DNA from: Candidatus Hydrogenedentota bacterium
GTDB lineage: Bacteria > Hydrogenedentota > Hydrogenedentia > Hydrogenedentales > GCA-2746185
Assembly: GCA_046583315.1 (NCBI GenBank)
Contig: JAYGCN010000052.1
Coordinates: 32,001-96,000, forward strand
Direction: 5' to 3'
Length of the DNA: 64,000 bases
This document shows positions 38,964-49,727 of this stretch, one piece after another. Position 1 is the stretch's first letter. Each line of letters begins with the position of its first letter. The notes below the pieces were generated by a model. The model did not search any database and was not told where the DNA came from. It worked only from the letters and a program-made list of their open reading frames with translations. The translations under genes and the position numbers were made by a program.

Positions 38964-39587
38964 GTGACCGAGCCCTTGAACATAGAATCGATTCGTGATG
39001 CCATGGCCTCGCATGAACCGGACACGCGGGCGTCCGAGAATGCGACGCGTAACGCTGCGGTCGCGATGATTATTGCCAATCACGAAGAACTTGATCTTGC
39101 TGCGTTATTTATCCAACGGGCCGAACATCCCGGTGATCCCTGGTCCGGACAGATGGCGATGCCCGGCGGTCGTAACGAAGATTCCGATGCGAGTTATCAA
39201 CATGCAGCGATGCGTGAGACCCTCGAAGAAGTGGGCGTCACCCTGACGGACGAGATGTGCATCGGACGACTCCACGATTTGTACGGTGGGCGACTCGAAG
39301 CGCATCGCATGGCCGTGTCGCCTTACGTGTTTGACGTGGGTCCCGTGCCGAAAGTGACGCTGAATTACGAAGTGGCCGATACGGTGTGGGTGCCGCTCGA
39401 ATTCATGCGGTATCCCGAAAATACGACGCCCTATGTATTTCATCTTGATCCGGAAGGACGCGAATTCCCCGCGTTTCGATACGAAAGCTATACGATTTGG
39501 GGATTGACCTTTCGAATCCTCGCCAACTTCTATCGTACGCTGGGCATTGAACATCCCGCCGACCCCATTGCCACGGACGTGGAATAA
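38964..39587 (+). CDS. Nudix hydrolase, CoA pyrophosphatase-like
   Basis: AAVA, QRA..DPWSGQMAMPGGR, AAMRETLEEVG, IWGLT. Likely GTG start 38964. Confidence 0.9.
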   Translation: MTEPLNIESIRDAMASHEPDTRASENATRNAAVAMIIANHEELDLAALFIQRAEHPGDPWSGQMAMPGGRNEDSDASYQHAAMRETLEEVGVTLTDEMCIGRLHDLYGGRLEAHRMAVSPYVFDVGPVPKVTLNYEVADTVWVPLEFMRYPENTTPYVFHLDPEGREFPAFRYESYTIWGLTFRILANFYRTLGIEHPADPIATDVE

Positions 39588-39640
39588 ACTGCGCATAGCC
39601 GATTGTGGTTTAATGGGTCATTCAATACGCAGGAGGCACG

Positions 39641-40639
39641 ATGGAATATACACAAGACATGATCACGGAAATGCGCGCGTCGATTTCACTCGAAGGCGTG
39701 TATGCGGCGCGCAAGGTTATTGAGGATTTCCTGAGTCCCACACCGCTGCTGGAACATCCACTGTTAATTGAAGCACTTGGATTTCCGATACACGTTAAAC
39801 ACGAGAACCACTTACCCACGGGCGCATTCAAAATTCGCGGCGGCTACAACTACATGGCCCGACTCTCCGATGATGAACGCGCCATCGGCGTGATTACGGC
39901 CACGCGCGGCAATCACGGGCAGTCTATCGCGTTGGCGGCACGTGACTTTGGGGTACGCGCGGTGATTGTCGTGCCACACGGAAACAATCCTGAAAAAAAC
40001 GCGGCCATACGCGCCTTCGGTGCCGAGTTGGTTGAGTATGGAAAGGACTACGACGAAGCGCGGGAGTATTGTGGCGCGTTAATGGAGAAAGAGGGGCTAC
40101 GGTACATTCATTCTGGCAATGAACCCGACCTCATTCACGGTGTCGGCACCTACAATCTGGAAATCCTCGAAGCATTGCCCGAAATCGATACTATAATTCT
40201 TCCCATTGGAGGCGGAAGCTCTGTGTGTGGGGCGATTACTGTGTATCGTGCGCTGAAACCAGAGGTTCGCATCATCGGTGTGCAGGCTGCGAATGCGCCG
40301 TGCGTTTACGAGAGCTGGAAGGCCGGACACGTCGTCACCACCGAAAGCGCGGACACCTTCGCCGATGGACTGGCCACGCGTGTGCCGATGGAGTTGCCAC
40401 TCTCGATCATCAGCGACGAAATCGACGAGATTATCACCGTTACTGAAGAAGAAATTCGACGTGCGGCGAAATTGATCATCACGACCACGCACAATCTCGC
40501 GGAAGGGGCTGGCGCGGCCTCAATTGCGGGTGCCTACGCCATTCGGGAGCAGCTTGCCGGCAAGACCGTTGTTGCGGTTCTTTCTGGCGGTAATCTGGCC
40601 CGGGACACGCTCCGCTGGGTGTTGGAAGCCCAAGATTAA
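39641..40639 (+). CDS. PLP-dependent threonine/serine dehydratase-like protein
   Basis: KHENHLPTGAFKIRG, ATRGNHGQ, PIGGGS, ADG, EGAGAA, SGGN; no ACT domain. Confidence 0.93.
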   Translation: MEYTQDMITEMRASISLEGVYAARKVIEDFLSPTPLLEHPLLIEALGFPIHVKHENHLPTGAFKIRGGYNYMARLSDDERAIGVITATRGNHGQSIALAARDFGVRAVIVVPHGNNPEKNAAIRAFGAELVEYGKDYDEAREYCGALMEKEGLRYIHSGNEPDLIHGVGTYNLEILEALPEIDTIILPIGGGSSVCGAITVYRALKPEVRIIGVQAANAPCVYESWKAGHVVTTESADTFADGLATRVPMELPLSIISDEIDEIITVTEEEIRRAAKLIITTTHNLAEGAGAASIAGAYAIREQLAGKTVVAVLSGGNLARDTLRWVLEAQD

Positions 40640-40760
40640 GGGTAGTCGGTACCCGTAGGCAGACAGGGTGTGTTATTCTAGCGGCAAGGGGATTAGTGAA
40701 CTCGAGGCGCGATTTCGGGTTTAATGTACATTCTGATGCACATCACACGGATTTAAAGGA

Positions 40761-42134
40761 ATGACCATGAAATTGCGCGTTATGTTTATGCTGGTCTGCA
40801 CGGTGGGTTTGACCGTTCAGACCTGGTCCGATTCACATGAAACATCGGCCCCGCTACCCTCCGTATTGTCACTCGAAGAAGCACAACGAATCGCGCTTTC
40901 TGAGAATCCAACGCTCAAGGCGGCGCGGGATCGCGTCGATCAGGCGGCGGCGATTTTGCAGCAGGCCATGTCCGAATATCTCCCTTCAGTGACCTCTTCG
41001 GTTACCGCTTCATTTACCGATATTTCCGACAACGACGTTGTGCAGGGACAGGCGCTGGCCATGTTTTCCGGTGGGTCATTCGACGACACAATTGAAAATT
41101 ATGATGCCAACATTACGGCAAGCTACCTTTTGTTCGACGGATTCGGCAGAAAATTTCGCCGTGTCCTGGCATCACTGGGTACGGATCGTAGCGAAGCGAC
41201 TCGTCGCGAGACACAACGGCTCTTGCTCAATGCCGTCGCGCTTTCTTATTACAACGTGCAGCTTTCGCGCGAAAACGTTCGCATTGCCGAAGCCGACGAA
41301 GCCTTCAACGAACGTCAGTTGAACGAAGCCAAGGCGCGATTTGATGTTGGGCAAGGGTCGCTCAGCGACAAGCTGAACTTTGAGGTTCGCATTCGCGCGG
41401 CCCAAACAGCAGTGCTTGTGGCAGACTCCGGTCACGATGTTGCCATGATCGCGTTGGTGCAATTGATGGGTGTTACACGTGATCGCGTTTCTGAAGATAC
41501 TGACGTGGCACCACTTAAAATGGAAACGGATGCCGATCTGACTCTACCCGACGTGAACGAAGGTATCGCCTATTCGCTCGTGCACCGTCCAGACTGGCTG
41601 GAGACGCAATACATCCACGAGCAGACCGAGGCGTCCGTCAAACTCGCGAAATCGACCTATTTCCCAAGCCTCTTTGCCTCTGCATCGGGTGATGCACGCC
41701 GTGGAGACAATGCCTATTTCGAGGAAGACGATATCTCCGGAACGGTTGCCATTCAGGGGCAATACAGCATTTACCTGGGTGGGCGACGCCGCGCGCAGCT
41801 ACACGAAAGCAAAGCGGTCGAGCGTGAATTGAGCCACGTGTTGGAGAGCCAGGAAATTCAGATTACGGCGGAAGTATTGGATGCGGTGCGTCGACTCGAA
41901 ACCGCCCAGCGTGTGCTGGAGCTACAACGCGAGACCACCTCGCTGGTCGAGCAAAACCGCGACCTGGTAGAAAAGGAATACAACGCGGGTCAAGGGTCTC
42001 TGGTTCGATTGAATCAAGCGCAACGTGACCTGATTTCCCAGCAGGCGAGTCTTGCACTGGCGCGGGTTTCGCTGCATCAGAACTGGGTCGACCTGCGTAC
42101 CGCTACGGCTGTGATTTTGGAGGACGTTAAGTAG
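40761..42134 (+). CDS. TolC family outer membrane efflux protein
   Basis: Signal peptide, LSLEEAQRIALSENP, YLPS, LFDGF, HRPD, YNAG repeats. Confidence 0.9.
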   Translation: MTMKLRVMFMLVCTVGLTVQTWSDSHETSAPLPSVLSLEEAQRIALSENPTLKAARDRVDQAAAILQQAMSEYLPSVTSSVTASFTDISDNDVVQGQALAMFSGGSFDDTIENYDANITASYLLFDGFGRKFRRVLASLGTDRSEATRRETQRLLLNAVALSYYNVQLSRENVRIAEADEAFNERQLNEAKARFDVGQGSLSDKLNFEVRIRAAQTAVLVADSGHDVAMIALVQLMGVTRDRVSEDTDVAPLKMETDADLTLPDVNEGIAYSLVHRPDWLETQYIHEQTEASVKLAKSTYFPSLFASASGDARRGDNAYFEEDDISGTVAIQGQYSIYLGGRRRAQLHESKAVERELSHVLESQEIQITAEVLDAVRRLETAQRVLELQRETTSLVEQNRDLVEKEYNAGQGSLVRLNQAQRDLISQQASLALARVSLHQNWVDLRTATAVILEDVK

Positions 42135-42150
42135 AGTTCGAGGGGGTATC

Positions 42151-42891
42151 TTGACTGACCATAAACATTTCAAAGATCGAAACAAGGTTTCCAACTGGAT
42201 ATGGGCACGTAAATTCAGGGTCCTCTTGTTCATGCTTGTGAGTGTGCTCGTCTCCTATCCCTATCTGCAGGCCGAAGGTCGCACCGGCAGGACGCTCTTC
42301 GAAGTTCTCTTTACGGCATTGCTGTTCGTATCGACCTATGTACTCTGTGACACGCGGCGGAACACCACTATCGCTCTCGTACTAGGATTACCTGCTGTCA
42401 TCGCTCATCTCATCTATGTGATCTTTCCCGAATCATTCTCCTACGGCTTCCCCATGGGGACCTTCGTTATTTTTTACGCGTATATGACCTTCACCGCGCT
42501 ACGCCATGTCGCCACACCCGACAAAGTTACCGCTGATATTCTCGCCGGTGCGGTCTGCGTTTACCTCCTGATCGGTATGGTGTGGGCCATGGTCTTCGCG
42601 TATTTGGAGCATTCGCTTCCAGGTTCATTCGTAAGCGTGCTCAGCGGCGATCCAATCACTGGGGCCATCGGAGGGGATACCCAGGATACTCATTTCACGC
42701 TCTTCCTCTACTTTAGCTACACAACCTTAACCACCCTTGGATACGGAGATATACTTCCCAAAACGGCCTCCGCGCGATCCCTCACCAGTCTTGAGGCCAT
42801 CACGGGTGTCCTGTACATCGGAGCATTCGTGGCCAGACTCATTTCAGCTTATCAGCCGAAACGTCGCCGGACAGACGTAATCGACCAATGA
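42151..42891 (+). CDS. Potassium channel family protein (Ion_trans_2)
   Basis: YFSYTTLTTLGYGD selectivity filter; multiple TM segments. Confidence 0.9.
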   Translation: MTDHKHFKDRNKVSNWIWARKFRVLLFMLVSVLVSYPYLQAEGRTGRTLFEVLFTALLFVSTYVLCDTRRNTTIALVLGLPAVIAHLIYVIFPESFSYGFPMGTFVIFYAYMTFTALRHVATPDKVTADILAGAVCVYLLIGMVWAMVFAYLEHSLPGSFVSVLSGDPITGAIGGDTQDTHFTLFLYFSYTTLTTLGYGDILPKTASARSLTSLEAITGVLYIGAFVARLISAYQPKRRRTDVIDQ

Positions 42892-42892
42892 C

Positions 42893-43030
42893 TGGTTAAA
42901 TTAGCCAATTTTGATGGTATTTTTGGCTAAATTAGACGCATTAACCATACTTCAATTTCACCCAATACTTCACTAAGTTGTTTATTTTCAAGTAATTACA
43001 ACTTATTCCGCTACTTGGCACCTCGATTGC
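42893..43030 (+). promoter_or_regulatory. sigma54 promoter with two UAS-like palindromes and IHF-like site
   Basis: TGGCAC-N5-TTGC at 43016-43030; TGGTTAAATTAGCCA (42893) and TGGCTAAATTAGAC (42924); IHF-like TTTCAAGTAATTA (42986-42998). Confidence 0.8.
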
Positions 43031-43100
43031 GATAACCACTGCATAGACACATTGAATAAAGCGTAGTCGCTTGCAGTAGTTAACAACAGGAGGTGTCATC

Positions 43101-43793
43101 ATGGGAATCTTTACCCGAGCACGAGACATTGTCAACTCGAATATTAATGCGGCGCTGGACAAGGCCGAAAATCCCGAAAAACTGATCCGCCACATGATTC
43201 GCGAGATGGAAGACACACTCGTCGAAATCAAAGCAGCCTGTGCAGGTGCGATGGCCGGTCGCAAAAAAGCTGAACGTGACACGGATGACGCGCAGTCCCT
43301 GATCAATCACTGGACCGAACGCGCAGAGCTCGCCGTTGAACGTGGACGCGAGAATCTGGCGCGCGAAGCCCTTCGCGCCAAACAGCGTTACCAGGGTGAT
43401 GTAGAAACCACCCAGAACGTGATCGACCAACTCAGCGGACTTGTCGATCAGTACAAGAGCGACATCCTACAGATCGAAAATAAACTTCAGGGTGCTCGCG
43501 AAAAACAACGCGTACTGACGCAGCGTCACGTACACGCCGTGCAGCATAAACGCGCTCTGATGCAAATCCGTAAACTGGATACCTCCAACGCGATGATTCG
43601 TTTCGAGGAATTCGAACAGCGCCTGGATCGCTCCGAGGCCGAAGGCGAATTGGTCAATTTCGGTCGCCCGAAACCTTTCTCGCTGGAACAGGAATTCGTG
43701 AAGATGGAGTGCGACGAATCCATTGAGAGCGAACTGGAAGCACTCAAAGCGAAAGTGAATAAGAAACAAACGACCGAAGTTGCGATAGCCTAA
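43101..43793 (+). CDS. pspA: Phage shock protein A
   Basis: MGIFTRARDIVNSNINAALDKAENPEKLIRHMIREMEDTLVE; coiled coil; AGGAGG SD. Confidence 0.96.
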   Translation: MGIFTRARDIVNSNINAALDKAENPEKLIRHMIREMEDTLVEIKAACAGAMAGRKKAERDTDDAQSLINHWTERAELAVERGRENLAREALRAKQRYQGDVETTQNVIDQLSGLVDQYKSDILQIENKLQGAREKQRVLTQRHVHAVQHKRALMQIRKLDTSNAMIRFEEFEQRLDRSEAEGELVNFGRPKPFSLEQEFVKMECDESIESELEALKAKVNKKQTTEVAIA

Positions 43794-43833
43794 CTTGAAC
43801 CCGGCAACCAGAAAGCCGAAAGGAGTATAAATC

Positions 43834-44058
43834 ATGAGTTACTATGGATACGAACGAACAGGAATGTACCGGTCCCGCGATGGGATGGTTGCCGGAGTAT
43901 GCCGAGGCATCGCAGAATATTTTGACATCTCAGTATTTGTCACCCGCGGGATTGCTGTATTCATGTTACTCTGCACAGGTGTCTGGCCAACACTCGGCCT
44001 CTACCTGCTCGCTGCATTGGTGATGAAGAAAGAACCTTACGTGCGCTGGGGTAACTAA
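43834..44058 (+). CDS. pspC: PspC domain protein
   Basis: YRSRDGMVAGVCRGIAEYFD followed by a TM segment. Confidence 0.92.
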   Translation: MSYYGYERTGMYRSRDGMVAGVCRGIAEYFDISVFVTRGIAVFMLLCTGVWPTLGLYLLAALVMKKEPYVRWGN

Positions 44059-44083
44059 CTCGCAAGCGAAATTCGAAGCAAAC

Positions 44084-44124
44084 ACCCGTCGCCGGACTTC
44101 AAATCCGGCGGCGGGTTTCTTTTT
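44084..44124 (+). terminator. Intrinsic terminator after pspC
   Basis: ACCCGTCGCCGGA-loop-TCCGGCGGCGGGT followed by TTCTTTTT. Confidence 0.8.
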
Positions 44125-44179
44125 GTGGACGAGGTGCATCTGATATGCTTTTCGAACTGATTCAATCGGACTGAAAGGG

Positions 44180-46123
44180 ATGCGCGTGCACCTCCATTTG
44201 TTACGATTCGTACCATTTTGCCTGATTCTATTGGCCGTTGTTGTCGCCTATGCGGACGAATGCGCTTTCGATGGCGCGTCGTCCGACTGGCATGGATTCA
44301 CCTTACACGAATTCGAAGTCGATGGCCGTGCCTGCAAGGTGGTGTGCCCGGAAACGGCTGAGGACGGCAAACCGTGGATCTGGCGCGCGCGATTCTGGGG
44401 GCATGAGCCGCAGACGGATATCGCGCTGCTCAATGCTGGATTTCACGTCGCCTATATGGAGGTCGGCGCGCTCTTTGGCAATCCAACGGCGGTCGCGCAT
44501 TGGGATGTTTTTCATGCCTACCTGACTGGGGAGTATGGATTCTCGTCCAAACCCGCGCTCGAAGGCATGAGCCGTGGCGGTCTCATCATTTACAATTGGG
44601 CCATTGCGAATCCCGACAAGGTCGCGTGTATTTATGCCGATGCGCCCGTGCTGGACATTCGAAGCTGGCCGGGTGGAAAAGGAAACGGTAAGGGGTCGGA
44701 ATCCGATTGGCGCGCGTGTATGCGGCGATACAAATTGACCGAAGAGACGGCCTCCAGCTTTTATGGAAACCCTATCGATAATCTGAGACCGCTTGCGGAT
44801 GCAGGAATTCCATTGTTGCACGTCGTCGGTGCCGCGGACGAGGTCGTGCCAGTCGCGGAAAACTCCGCCATTCTCGAAGAACGTTACAAAGAACTCGGTG
44901 GTACCATTCACGTCATTTCGAAAGAAGGCGTTGGGCACCATCCGCATAGCCTGAAAGATCCCAAGGTTATCGTCAACTTCGTGCGCGGCTATGCCAGTGG
45001 AATCGGCGATCCTTACTTTGAAGTTCGCAGTGGCCTCTCAAACTCAGGACTGAGTTTTGCTCAAAAGAAAGACGGGCGCGTCGCATTTCTTGGTGGCTCC
45101 ATAACAGAAATGACGGGTTGGCGTGAGAAGACTTCCGCTGATCTGCAACGTCGTTTTCCCGATACCGAATTCGATTTTATTGACGCGGGAATCGCCTCTA
45201 CGGACAGCACGTATCACGCATTCCGACTTGAAGACCACGTTTTCGGGCGTGGTAAGGTCGATTTGCTCTTCATCGAATCCACCGTGAATGAGCAGCACAA
45301 TATGCGCGAACAGCAGGAACGGATTCGGGGGCTGGAGGGCATTATTCGCCATGCCCGCACACTTAATCCTGAGATCGACATTATCGTGCAATACTTCATT
45401 GACCCCGCGCAGATGGATTATTGGGAAAAAGGGGAGGTTCCCCCGATCATCCTCGATCAGGACCGGGTGACCCGGCATTACAACGTGCCCGCCATCAATC
45501 TATCGCGCGAAATTAGTGATCAGATTATGGCTGGCAACTTTGAATGGGAAGACTTCGGCGATGCGCATCCGAAACCCTTTGGTCACGAAATCTACGCGAA
45601 TCGTATTGCTCGATTGTTTGATGCGGCGTGGGGTGGAGGCGTGTTGGATACTGCTACGGTGTCGAGCCACGAAACGCCCGTCACTTCAATCGACCCCTTC
45701 AATTATCAACGTGGCCGATTCGTCGATATTCAGAAAGCCGAGGTCATCTTGGGCTGGAACTATGTCGACGATTGGAAACCATCCGACCGCGCGGGACGGC
45801 GCAAACAATTCATCAACGTACCTGCCCTCGAAGCGCTCAAATCCGGCGCGGATTTCGTCATGCCCTTCGAAGGCACCGGAATAGGCATCATGGTTACCGC
45901 TGGCCCCGACGTGGGCATTCTTGAATACTCCATCGATGGCATCGACTATCCGCCTCTCGATCAATTCACAAAATGGAGCGAAGGATTGCACATTCCCTGG
46001 GCCTACATGCTCGCCACCGAGCTCGAAGTCGGCACGCATCGACTCACAATAAGGACCAGCGACAAGAAAAACGAAAAAAGCAAAGGATACGCCAGTCGTA
46101 TCCAACAATTTTTGGTGAATTAA
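44180..46123 (+). CDS. Secreted alpha/beta-hydrolase + SGNH/GDSL esterase fusion
   Basis: WIWRARFWGHEP, GMSRGG nucleophile, GHHPHS; then VAFLGGSITEM, ESTVNE, GDAHP. Confidence 0.85.
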   Translation: MRVHLHLLRFVPFCLILLAVVVAYADECAFDGASSDWHGFTLHEFEVDGRACKVVCPETAEDGKPWIWRARFWGHEPQTDIALLNAGFHVAYMEVGALFGNPTAVAHWDVFHAYLTGEYGFSSKPALEGMSRGGLIIYNWAIANPDKVACIYADAPVLDIRSWPGGKGNGKGSESDWRACMRRYKLTEETASSFYGNPIDNLRPLADAGIPLLHVVGAADEVVPVAENSAILEERYKELGGTIHVISKEGVGHHPHSLKDPKVIVNFVRGYASGIGDPYFEVRSGLSNSGLSFAQKKDGRVAFLGGSITEMTGWREKTSADLQRRFPDTEFDFIDAGIASTDSTYHAFRLEDHVFGRGKVDLLFIESTVNEQHNMREQQERIRGLEGIIRHARTLNPEIDIIVQYFIDPAQMDYWEKGEVPPIILDQDRVTRHYNVPAINLSREISDQIMAGNFEWEDFGDAHPKPFGHEIYANRIARLFDAAWGGGVLDTATVSSHETPVTSIDPFNYQRGRFVDIQKAEVILGWNYVDDWKPSDRAGRRKQFINVPALEALKSGADFVMPFEGTGIGIMVTAGPDVGILEYSIDGIDYPPLDQFTKWSEGLHIPWAYMLATELEVGTHRLTIRTSDKKNEKSKGYASRIQQFLVN

Positions 46124-46143
46124 GAACAAACAGAAAGAGTTTT

Positions 46144-48255
46144 ATGACGAAACGTATCGCATCAGCAACAATGATGATTCTGGTCTCGCTCTCTTCGGCG
46201 ATGAGCGTGGCCTTCGAAAACACCACCCTCTCCGGCATGGAGCAACTCACCTGGAACGAGGTCGCGCCCGGGGTATGGTCTGCGCAGATTGGGGTGACGG
46301 AATCGATGACGTTTCGCGAGTTGGCTGGTGCACCGCCGCGTGTTGATGCGATGGAGGCGATGGGGGAGACGAAATTTCCTTTTGATGAGACGGCGACACG
46401 CGGTCAAGTAATCGGTACGCGTACCTCCGTGCGATTGCCCCTTGGTAAAACTGAACAGGTCTACGGTCTCGGCATGCAGTTCCGCAACATGAACCGACGC
46501 GGGCAAGTCTATCATCTGCGCACGGATCATTACGGCGGCAACCTCGGTCGCACGCATGCGCCGTCGCCTTTTTACGTGACCAGCGACGGGTATGGTGTTT
46601 TGTTCAATACCGTCAAGTGGATTTCGGTTTACCCCGGCGTGGGAAATCGCAAGGACAGCGACCTGCCGCCGATTCGCGATCGTACGACCGATCCCGCGTG
46701 GCAAGCGGTGCCGACATCCGATGCCGTAGAAGCCAGCGCGATAACGGAGGGCATGGAAATCCTCGTGTTTGCCGGACCGACCACGCTCGATGCCGTGCGT
46801 CGATACAATCTCTATTTCGGTGGCGGTCCTCTCGTGCCGCGTTGGGGACTCGGTTTCTGGCATCGCGTGCCGACGGCGGCTACGGATGAACAAGTCACTG
46901 CGGAGGTGGACGAATTCGCGAAACGTGATTTTCCGCTGGATGTGATTGGTCTTGAACCCGGCTGGCAGAGTTTCGCGTATCCGGGATCTTTTGATTGGAG
47001 TCCGAAGCGATTTCCCGATCCGGAAGCCTTTGTTGATGCGATGACCGAACGCAATTTGAAAGTGAATCTTTGGGAGAATCCTTATATTTCGCCGGAGTCG
47101 TCCATTTTCGAAGAGATGAAACCGTACACCGGATCGCACATGGTTTGGCTGGGCGAAGTCCCCGACTACACGCTGCCCGAAGCGCGTGACCTCATCGCCG
47201 AGCATCATCAAAAATCGCATCTGGACATTGGCGTGAGCGGTTACAAAATTGATGAGGTGGACGGGGTCGATAGGTGGCTCTGGCCGGACCACGCGACCTT
47301 CCCGTCGGGTACCAGCGCCGAAGAGATGCGTCAGACCTACGGGTCGCAGGTTCAAAAATGGCAGACGGAGATGTTTCGTGCCGCGGACACGCGGACCTAC
47401 GGACTCGTGCGCGGCAGTAACGCGGGCTCATCGGCTTACCCCTACGCGATTTACAGCGACTACTACAATCATAAAGGCTACATCACCGCGCTGTGCAACA
47501 GCAGCCTTTCCGGCGTGTTGTGGACCCCTGAAATTCGCAGCGCGAATTCCGACGAAGAATGGGTTCGCCGTATGCAGAGCGTCGTTTTCTCACCCCTGGC
47601 CATGTTGAACGCGTGGTCGTCGGGACTCAAACCGTGGTCGCGCGAGAAAGTTATTCCGGAAATTCGCGATGCGATGAAATGGCGCGTGCGATTTCTACCG
47701 TATTTGTACTCGGCCTTCGCGGAGTATCACTTTGAAGGCACACCGCCCTTTCGCGCTATGGTGCTGGAAGCCGACTACGCGCCCTCCAACAACCTGACTG
47801 ACCAATATATGATGGGTGAGTCCATACTCGTCGCGCCATTTTTCATGGGACAAAAAGAACGCGCCGTCGTGTTGCCGACGGGCAACTGGTACGACTTCTA
47901 CACGGGAGACCTTGCAGGAAACGGCGAAACGATTACCGTTCCCGCCGAGCTCGCCAAGATTCCCCTCTACGTCAAAGAAGGCGGCATCATTCCGCTGCTA
48001 AAAGAAGGCAACAACACCAGCGAATGGACCCAAGGCGTCGACCTCGAAGTCCGCCATTACGGCACCCAAGCCAACGCAACCCGCCTCTACGACGACGACG
48101 GAAAAACCTTCGCCTACGAACGCGGCGAATATAGTTGGTACGAATTCAACGTAGAAAAATCCGAGCGCGGAAAACTCAAAGGAAACGTCACGCATATCTC
48201 CGGCGACTACCCGCAAACCTTCGACAAAGCCAAGTGGAATTTCATGACGAAGTAG
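46144..48255 (+). CDS. Glycoside hydrolase family 31 protein
   Basis: VYGLGMQF, PRWGLGFWHR, FPLDVIGLEPGW, GYKIDEVD, WTPEIR, DQYMMG, LYDDDG. Start ATG 46144. Confidence 0.9.
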   Translation: MTKRIASATMMILVSLSSAMSVAFENTTLSGMEQLTWNEVAPGVWSAQIGVTESMTFRELAGAPPRVDAMEAMGETKFPFDETATRGQVIGTRTSVRLPLGKTEQVYGLGMQFRNMNRRGQVYHLRTDHYGGNLGRTHAPSPFYVTSDGYGVLFNTVKWISVYPGVGNRKDSDLPPIRDRTTDPAWQAVPTSDAVEASAITEGMEILVFAGPTTLDAVRRYNLYFGGGPLVPRWGLGFWHRVPTAATDEQVTAEVDEFAKRDFPLDVIGLEPGWQSFAYPGSFDWSPKRFPDPEAFVDAMTERNLKVNLWENPYISPESSIFEEMKPYTGSHMVWLGEVPDYTLPEARDLIAEHHQKSHLDIGVSGYKIDEVDGVDRWLWPDHATFPSGTSAEEMRQTYGSQVQKWQTEMFRAADTRTYGLVRGSNAGSSAYPYAIYSDYYNHKGYITALCNSSLSGVLWTPEIRSANSDEEWVRRMQSVVFSPLAMLNAWSSGLKPWSREKVIPEIRDAMKWRVRFLPYLYSAFAEYHFEGTPPFRAMVLEADYAPSNNLTDQYMMGESILVAPFFMGQKERAVVLPTGNWYDFYTGDLAGNGETITVPAELAKIPLYVKEGGIIPLLKEGNNTSEWTQGVDLEVRHYGTQANATRLYDDDGKTFAYERGEYSWYEFNVEKSERGKLKGNVTHISGDYPQTFDKAKWNFMTK

Positions 48256-48260
48256 GGAGT

Positions 48261-49727
48261 TTAGTCATCCAGTCCGGCGAAGGGGAATAAATCAGAGGAG
48301 ATTCTGGCCTCTCTCATGACGCGCTCAATGTTCTTGCGAACTTTTCTGTTCTCGTCGGCGACATCGTTGGACTCGCTAGGATCGTTATCCAGGTTATAAA
48401 GTTCCAGTCGGCCGCCATCCGGATTGATCTTTCCATTGCGCAGCAGCATGTTTTGGCGGATGCCTTTCCAGTTGCCCATGCGGACGGCTTGTTGGCCGCC
48501 GTAGGCTTTGAATTCCCAGTAGAGGTAGTCGTGTTGTTTTTGTTTGGCGGAGGCGTCGAGCAGGTGTCGGGCAAAGGAGATGCCGTCGATGTTTTTTGGG
48601 GTGGTGGCTCCGGTGAGTTCGGTGAAGGTCGGCAGGACGTCCCAGAAGGCGGAGATGTGGTCGGAGGTGCGGCCTGCTTCGATTTGTTCGGGCCACCGCG
48701 CGACGAGGGGTACACGGATGCCGCCTTCATAGAGCGAACCCTTGAGTCCGCGAAAGACGCCTGCGCTTTCGAAGAATTCCGAGTCGGACCCGCCGAGACG
48801 GTTGAAGGCGGGGCCGTTGTCGCTGGTGAATATGATGATGGTGTTGTTATCGAGGCCAAGCGATTCGACGAGGTCCATAATCTTGCCGACATCGCGATCC
48901 ACGTGGCTGATCATCGCGGCATATCCCGCGCGAGGGTAGGGATGTTTGAGGTAGCCTTTATGTACGTAGTCTTCCTCGGGGATGATGCCTTTGTATTGCG
49001 CGAGCGATTCGTCGGTGACTTGAATGGAGAGGTGGGGGATGGCGATGGGCAGGTAGAGGAAGAAGGGTTCGTCTTTGTTTTCCTGGATGAAGTCGAGGCC
49101 CCATTTGGTGAAATAGTCCTGCGAGAATTGTTCGCCGGTGAGTGTGCGGTCGTTGCCGGGCATCGGGAGTTGTTCGCCGCTTTTCCACAGGAATCGCGGG
49201 TAATGATTGTGCGCGTGAACCTGGCAGAGGAATCCCCCGAAATCATCGAAGCCCTGCTTCAACGGATCACCAGAGGAGCCTTCGAAACCGAGTCCCCATT
49301 TCCCGTAAGCCGCTGTCGCATAACCGCGATCCTTCAACAATTCCGCAATCGTCACGGTTTCGTCTGGAATCGCGTTTTGTCCGGGAAAAATGCTGCGATC
49401 CTGATCGGTTTCGCGTCCCGGAGGATTGCCGTTGTCTCGAATGTAGGTGTGACCCATGTGTTTTCCGGTCATCAGCGCACATCGAGACGGTGCACAGACC
49501 GCCTGGCCGGAATAATGATTCGTGAATCGAATTCCTTCGGCAGCGATGCGGTCGATGTTGGGCGTCTTGATGATTTTCTGACCGTAGCTGCCGAGTTCCG
49601 CGTAGCCGAGGTCGTCGGCGAGGATGTAGATGATGTTGGGACGGTCGAGCGGCGCGCGCATCTCGGCAGAGACCGGAATTGCGACGATAGTTAGTAGCAA
49701 CAGAGTTATAAACTTTTTCATAATCAT
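48261..49727 (-). CDS. Arylsulfatase (S1 formylglycine-dependent)
   Basis: PNIIYILADDLG, CAPSR, GKWGLG, SDNG, KGSLYEGGIRVP. Confidence 0.95.
   Translation of the reverse strand: MIMKKFITLLLLTIVAIPVSAEMRAPLDRPNIIYILADDLGYAELGSYGQKIIKTPNIDRIAAEGIRFTNHYSGQAVCAPSRCALMTGKHMGHTYIRDNGNPPGRETDQDRSIFPGQNAIPDETVTIAELLKDRGYATAAYGKWGLGFEGSSGDPLKQGFDDFGGFLCQVHAHNHYPRFLWKSGEQLPMPGNDRTLTGEQFSQDYFTKWGLDFIQENKDEPFFLYLPIAIPHLSIQVTDESLAQYKGIIPEEDYVHKGYLKHPYPRAGYAAMISHVDRDVGKIMDLVESLGLDNNTIIIFTSDNGPAFNRLGGSDSEFFESAGVFRGLKGSLYEGGIRVPLVARWPEQIEAGRTSDHISAFWDVLPTFTELTGATTPKNIDGISFARHLLDASAKQKQHDYLYWEFKAYGGQQAVRMGNWKGIRQNMLLRNGKINPDGGRLELYNLDNDPSESNDVADENRKVRKNIERVMREARISSDLFPFAGLDD

Noticed and set aside
40761..42134. 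Orphan TolC as a novel system
   Set aside because: Stand-alone TolC genes are common.
46162..49694. Long antisense ORFs (46162-47355, 48453-49694) and similar shadows across the window
   Set aside because: They lie opposite well-supported genes, lack motifs, and are expected from codon bias.
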